NCBI GenBank assembly: GCA_025823825.1
Contig: GCA_025823825.1_4720.1
Length of the DNA stretch: 64,000 nucleotides
From: a phage
Strand: one strand, 5' to 3'
The notes beneath the pieces are model-generated. The model was not told where the DNA came from. It saw only the letters and a program-made list of their open reading frames with translations, and did not search any database. Each line of letters opens with the position of its first letter. Within the stretch, counting starts at the first letter, position 1. The translations under genes were made by a program, and so were the position numbers. Below are positions 59,205 to 64,000 of this stretch, in pieces.

Positions 59205-61802
59205 TTATAACGTGACTGTACCTAATTTGGTTGTCTTATTGAGATTAATGACAGAGATCTGGGTATCGCTGGTCGTAATCGTTCCGATATTAACGCGCTG
59301 TCCTTTATCATCTTCTTGCTTGTAGATGGTTAACTCCAGTTCTAACTGGTCGCCATTAGGAACAACGGAAACGTACCATGTTTTATTACCTGGTGAACTA
59401 TTATAGTCTTTTAGGTTATAATGGCCTTTAGGTAAGGTCATGGCCTTACCGGCAAACAAACATGAAATGTCCTCGTTGATATAAACGTCGAAACCGGAAG
59501 AAGCGATGACTGTTGAGGCCATTATTCGAGACGCGACGATACCACGATTATAGTCGTCGATTGTGGTACCTATGACATTGAATACTTGCCCCCCGTTACC
59601 CATAATGGTCGATTCGCTAGTGTTTACGTAGCCGATACCCCAAGTCGGATGAATGTTCCAGCGGTACCCACTGTTTTGTAAATACGTATACAAGTCTTCA
59701 TAGGCCGCATTCACCCAACTACCATCACTTTTTCGTCCAGCCCTAAATTGGAATGTGTTGCTATTTCCAGATGTTCCTCGGCCAAGAGGGACATGTCCCG
59801 CCACCAACCAACCATCTGTACTTTGCATATACGCGAACGAACCGTACGCTCTGTTATCGGCCCAAATATTCACGGTATCAACACGTTCAACGTAGGCGAT
59901 CACCTTTTGTACGCCGGTTATAGCGATTGAACCCTTGCGTGCCGACACATTAACTTCAGCAATTACGACACCCATTTTCCGCTGGCTGCTGTTAAATCCC
60001 AATACGACCATTAAACACGGTGCGTTTGTTGTTTCTGGAGGAATCGTTATCGATTGTTTCCAGTCGGTGATTCCGCTGAGTTTCGTTCCAGTATATGCGT
60101 TCCAGACGGTTTGTCCAGCCGATTTCAGATTCTGTTCAGAAATAGAAATGGCCTCGCCCTCAGGGATTAACGTGTCGTAATTGAGACCAATGTTGCTGGA
60201 TAGACGAAGGTCGTTTAAGTAAGATCCGCTGAGTGTGACGTTACCGTTACGATAAATTGTCAAGAATGGCGCAGCCAGGGAGTTTAATACCGTAAAGTTA
60301 CTCGATGGCATGAAACCATAGACATCGATGCCATTACCGTGGTAATGGTAGTTTGTCCAACTACCTTGATAACTTACGGTACGTGCATCGTAGTGGCCTT
60401 GTCCAAGACCGCTGCTGGATAACGTGTATATCTTGGTTGCTGATAGAAATGCGAGATATCCATGCGCTGCCAGAGCTCCAACTACCCTGTCTTTTATCTT
60501 TAACCAAGCTGAAGTATATAACGTACTGTCGGGATTCATTTTGGCTATTTCATCGTAAGCCGTGCCTGCGAAGTTTCCGATAGTGTACGTACGTATATCC
60601 GGCTGTCCGTTATTGTCGTTTTGTACAGCAATTACTTGCCCAGAATCATTGATATCGATATTACCGATACAGTTGTGAGCCCCCCACACCCAATATCCAT
60701 CTTTATAATTGGATTCTCCTTGTGTAAATGTCGACGGTCCTCGCCACGCGATGCCGTTCGATTCGGCGTAGTATGTAGCTTGTCCCGATCCTGGATTCAT
60801 GGCGTATCTGTTATTGGTCGGGTCAAAATCGATGTAAAAATGATGCATTCCTTGACGTTGACGGTTGTCCCGATCATTTGTCCACCACGACGAACCGACC
60901 AGAATTCGCGCTTTACCATTTTTTACAGTGGACCATAAACGTATTGCGGCGCGCCAGACGATTTGACCGATCCCGTTGGACGGGAAACTATTCGCACTGA
61001 TGCTGTTGCAGACAACGAGCTCGCTGCTGTTGTTTATTTGAGTCCCTTCAATTGTAACGCCGTTTATGTTAGTAATCAGTGTTGCCGATACGCTACCCCC
61101 TGTAGGGGCGATAGAGGAACGTTGAACGGTGTAAATTTTTAGTGATAATTTATAGCCGCTCCGAATAGCTATACCAATGTAAATAGTTCCGTTAATTTCC
61201 CAACAACAAACATCGGGCATTGTTTCTTTGAAATCGGATAAAGCACCGTCGATATACATCGCAACGTGTTTGCTGGCGTCGAATGTGCCGTCCGTTAACG
61301 CGATGAACATTTTGGCATTATTACCGTTGATATCAGCCGCTAATCCGAGTAGTATGTTGTTCTGATGACAGTAAATGGCTTTAGGCGCTAGATCCAACAT
61401 AGCTGGTTGGTACTGTCGGCTTGTTGGTATTACGCTAGTAACTGCGCCATTTTGATCCGTTTTACAAATAACGTAATATACACCGTGTATGATGCTGTTT
61501 GTCGCTGACCTCAGTAGGACGATCGTCCCGTCAGATTCACGACATATACCGTAATGGCGATAGTCGGTGATTAAACCGATAGCGCCATCGGCCGAACCTT
61601 CGATTGCCAGAGGAAAATAACTTTGGTCCCCAACCTGTTCGATATCGGTTACGCCAATATCGATGTATTTTTCCATCTCGGTGTTGAACTCAGCGGTACT
61701 GTAGGCACCGAGATCGCTCGCCTTTAGTCCCGTTGGGTTGTCACGACTGGCGATACGTGTAGTAACGCTACTCACCAGTTCGCTGAACTTTTTCATTGCC
61801 AT
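59205..61802 (-). CDS. tail fibre or tailspike-like protein (865 aa)
   Basis: Large ORF within the tail fibre cluster; N-terminus (KFSELVSSVTTRIASRDNPTGLKASDL) is paralogous to the N-termini of the two downstream small genes. Confidence 0.6.
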   Translation of the reverse strand: MAMKKFSELVSSVTTRIASRDNPTGLKASDLGAYSTAEFNTEMEKYIDIGVTDIEQVGDQSYFPLAIEGSADGAIGLITDYRHYGICRESDGTIVLLRSATNSIIHGVYYVICKTDQNGAVTSVIPTSRQYQPAMLDLAPKAIYCHQNNILLGLAADINGNNAKMFIALTDGTFDASKHVAMYIDGALSDFKETMPDVCCWEINGTIYIGIAIRSGYKLSLKIYTVQRSSIAPTGGSVSATLITNINGVTIEGTQINNSSELVVCNSISANSFPSNGIGQIVWRAAIRLWSTVKNGKARILVGSSWWTNDRDNRQRQGMHHFYIDFDPTNNRYAMNPGSGQATYYAESNGIAWRGPSTFTQGESNYKDGYWVWGAHNCIGNIDINDSGQVIAVQNDNNGQPDIRTYTIGNFAGTAYDEIAKMNPDSTLYTSAWLKIKDRVVGALAAHGYLAFLSATKIYTLSSSGLGQGHYDARTVSYQGSWTNYHYHGNGIDVYGFMPSSNFTVLNSLAAPFLTIYRNGNVTLSGSYLNDLRLSSNIGLNYDTLIPEGEAISISEQNLKSAGQTVWNAYTGTKLSGITDWKQSITIPPETTNAPCLMVVLGFNSSQRKMGVVIAEVNVSARKGSIAITGVQKVIAYVERVDTVNIWADNRAYGSFAYMQSTDGWLVAGHVPLGRGTSGNSNTFQFRAGRKSDGSWVNAAYEDLYTYLQNSGYRWNIHPTWGIGYVNTSESTIMGNGGQVFNVIGTTIDDYNRGIVASRIMASTVIASSGFDVYINEDISCLFAGKAMTLPKGHYNLKDYNSSPGNKTWYVSVVPNGDQLELELTIYKQEDDKGQRVNIGTITTSDTQISVINLNKTTKLGTVTL

Positions 61803-61814
61803 TATTCACCTCGA

Positions 61815-62300
61815 TTAAATAGGCGAGTCGGGTAGCTGACCATCATCGATCTCGATGGTGGCCACCTTACGTGTTGCAGCAAGATGTGATGTACCCTGGA
61901 TTTTGTTCCAGGTGCCGATACGCATGGCGTTTTTGTAGCTGCTATCGCTATCGTTCAGCGTGTAAACAAAACCGCTATCGGTTACGGCAAGATAGATCCA
62001 GCCTACAGACTCACTGATGCCTGACACGTCCAAAGTTGCTGCTGGCACCGTCCCTACCACCGTGTTGTATTCCGCTGTACCTTGACCAATGCTGATCCGT
62101 CCGTTGCTGTAACTGGCTGCTGGAAGCGTTTTATTTCGACTGAAGAAAAGAAACGGAAGGTAACGCTGGGTAACAAGCGGTGCAAGTTTAGGAGCCACTT
62201 CGGTCTTAACGTAGACATCTGTTTGTGCTGGCGTTACCTCGTGAGGGTTCTTTTGGGTAAGATACGTCCCCCATTCAGAAAGCAGTGTTGATAGCTTCAT
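61815..62300 (-). CDS. tail fibre-associated protein (161 aa)
   Basis: N-terminal motif LSEWGTYLTQKNPHEVTPAQTDV shared with neighbouring fibre genes. Confidence 0.5.
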   Translation of the reverse strand: MKLSTLLSEWGTYLTQKNPHEVTPAQTDVYVKTEVAPKLAPLVTQRYLPFLFFSRNKTLPAASYSNGRISIGQGTAEYNTVVGTVPAATLDVSGISESVGWIYLAVTDSGFVYTLNDSDSSYKNAMRIGTWNKIQGTSHLAATRKVATIEIDDGQLPDSPI

Positions 62301-62304
62301 GCGG

Positions 62305-62820
62305 TTACCCCATGTAACGTTTTTGGCCGAGGATGAAGACTTTGTTAAATACCACCGAAGTGATTCCTGTTGCGTTACAGCTCACCTGCCCGACGCGAAT
62401 TGCTGTTGACGTATCGACCCCAGCACTACTCTGCCAGATCCAATCGATCGATCCGTCTTTCTGACGAATGAAAAGATAACCGGTTTTGTTCGCCCAGTCG
62501 GAAGTAAGTTTTTTGATGTCTAGCGTTCCCTTCGCCAGAATATAGTCGGTACCGGCGATCATGACGGGTATTTCAGGATACGAGATTACCGTACCGCTGG
62601 CAGTAACGTTGCTGATGCGTTCGCTACGAATATCGGTACAGTCACCGAAATACGCTACGGGGAGTATCCCCTTAAGGAGCTTTTTGCCGATTCTCGTATC
62701 GATCGTGTTTTTATCGGGTGCGTCGATTTGCGCTGCGGTGACTTGGTTAGGGTTATCCTTCCTTGCGTACCATGTCGTCATGCGAGCACCCAATTCACTC
62801 ATTTTTGTGCCCATTTTCAC
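62305..62820 (-). CDS. tail fibre-associated protein (171 aa)
   Basis: N-terminal motif MSELGARMTTWYARKDNPNQVTAAQIDA shared with neighbouring fibre genes; hairpin 62848-62868 upstream. Confidence 0.5.
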   Translation of the reverse strand: MKMGTKMSELGARMTTWYARKDNPNQVTAAQIDAPDKNTIDTRIGKKLLKGILPVAYFGDCTDIRSERISNVTASGTVISYPEIPVMIAGTDYILAKGTLDIKKLTSDWANKTGYLFIRQKDGSIDWIWQSSAGVDTSTAIRVGQVSCNATGITSVVFNKVFILGQKRYMG

Positions 62821-62871
62821 ATCCTATCGAAAAATAAAAAGAAGGAAAGGTGGGTAGAACCCACCCATCCG

Positions 62872-64000
62872 TTATAACGTTTCGAAGTCGGTTGCTTTGA
62901 TAACCGCGTTGAAGTTGGCAAGGAATTCCTTAAGCAGTGCTTGGAAGACATCACGAAACGCTGTGTTCGTCTGCAAGCTGGTTAAATAATCGTTCTTAAG
63001 GTAATCGCTCAGCTTACCGATCTTCTGCATCTTCTCGCCGTCTTGGTTCTCTCCAGGTTCTTGGCTGTTGATGTTAACCCATTTGATCCCTTCGAGATCG
63101 CCATCGGCAAGGAAGTTGGCGGGTGTCTCATCGTCGTTCAGGATTTTAATCGTATCACTGGATTCAATGCCACCGTAAGCTTCCAGAAGCTGGTTGACTG
63201 TTAGCTTATTGGTGTTGATTGAACCATTGACACCATCGATACCGATGCCTGCACCTGTGATGGATGTCGCCGAAAGATCGATCGGTCCGGTTAACTTACC
63301 ACCGTTGATCGGTAACGCACCAACTTGCTCAGCGGTGTGTGTGTGGCCAGCTAACGCCGCAAACGCCACGATAGACTTATACGTCGAATACGGCGTCATA
63401 TACGCTGATTGGTTGGTGTTGTCAGCCGCTTCAGTATCGGTAGCAACATTAAAGTTCTGCACGTTGCTGAGACCGACCTGCACCTTCGTTACTTCATGCG
63501 GGTTGCTCTTATTGACAACGTGTGCTGCAAAACCATCACCAGCTAAAGCAGTGATTGCCGCTTTTGTCGCAGCCGGTGTCATATAGCGGTTGGTTGCTTC
63601 ACCCGTTTGCGCCTCTTCGTCGGAAGCAACAGGATAGTTCTCAACGCTTCCCAAACCGACCTGAGATTTTGTTACTTGGTGTGGGTTTTCGGTATTCGCA
63701 ATATGACTACTGAACCCTTGACCCGCCAGTTGCTCGATTGCGTAACGAACAAGTATTGGTGTCATGTACTTGTTGTTAACTTGACCATCGATAGCTTCTT
63801 GGGTGGTGGCAACCCCGAAGTTTTGCACGCTCCCCAACCCAACTTGCGCTTTCGTAACAGCGTGGGGGTTATTGGTGTTACCGATGTGATCGGTAACCGT
63901 TGGGGTGATTAATCCTGCGATAGCGGCTGCCGTGGTCGCAGGGGTCATGTATTTATCGTTAGCAACACCCGCAGCAGCTTCTACGTTAGATGCTACACCG
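62872..64000 (-). CDS. tail fibre protein with NPHxVTKAQVGLG repeats, 5' end beyond the window
   Basis: At least three repeats (NPHAVTKAQVGLGSVQNF, NPHQVTKSQVGLGSVENY, NPHEVTKVQVGLSNVQNF); reading frame stays open from the annotated Met at 63948 to the window edge (…NDKYMTPATT). Confidence 0.75.
   Translation of the reverse strand, partial: GVASNVEAAAGVANDKYMTPATTAAAIAGLITPTVTDHIGNTNNPHAVTKAQVGLGSVQNFGVATTQEAIDGQVNNKYMTPILVRYAIEQLAGQGFSSHIANTENPHQVTKSQVGLGSVENYPVASDEEAQTGEATNRYMTPAATKAAITALAGDGFAAHVVNKSNPHEVTKVQVGLSNVQNFNVATDTEAADNTNQSAYMTPYSTYKSIVAFAALAGHTHTAEQVGALPINGGKLTGPIDLSATSITGAGIGIDGVNGSINTNKLTVNQLLEAYGGIESSDTIKILNDDETPANFLADGDLEGIKWVNINSQEPGENQDGEKMQKIGKLSDYLKNDYLTSLQTNTAFRDVFQALLKEFLANFNAVIKATDFETL

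Overview
This window reads as a segment of a large (jumbo, phiKZ-like) lytic phage of a ~48% GC Gram-negative, probably enterobacterial, host; no bacterial housekeeping genes are present. Most genes lie on the minus strand. The central result is that two adjacent genes for multisubunit-RNA-polymerase-like proteins (a beta'-like N-terminal subunit and a beta-like subunit) are each interrupted by a group I intron that carries a free-standing HNH homing endonuclease gene. One intron sits exactly at the catalytic DFDGD-type motif of the beta'-like protein; the other sits in the conserved 'TPYRKVTDG' region of the beta-like protein. Divergently transcribed from these is a 2252-aa giant protein with internal tandem repeats, a glycine-rich hydrophobic segment, a GH19-like peptidoglycan hydrolase domain and a Pro/Thr/Ala-rich tail. 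The rest of the window encodes a DNA metabolism and recombination set (RecA-like ATPase, RNase H-domain protein, thymidylate kinase, RuvC-like resolvase, Rad50/SbcC-like ATPase), a GH108-type endolysin candidate, and a cluster of tail fibre genes with 'NPHxVTKAQVGLGNV' repeats, the last of which runs off the window. Non-coding signals include a recurring promoter-like motif (CTATATTAC on the minus strand) upstream of five minus-strand genes, a family of GC-rich CCTCC/GGAGG hairpins at gene ends, and an 840-bp AT-rich ORF-free region. All calls are from reading the sequence and the supplied ORF track; no database search was run, and intron boundaries are inferred to within a few nucleotides.
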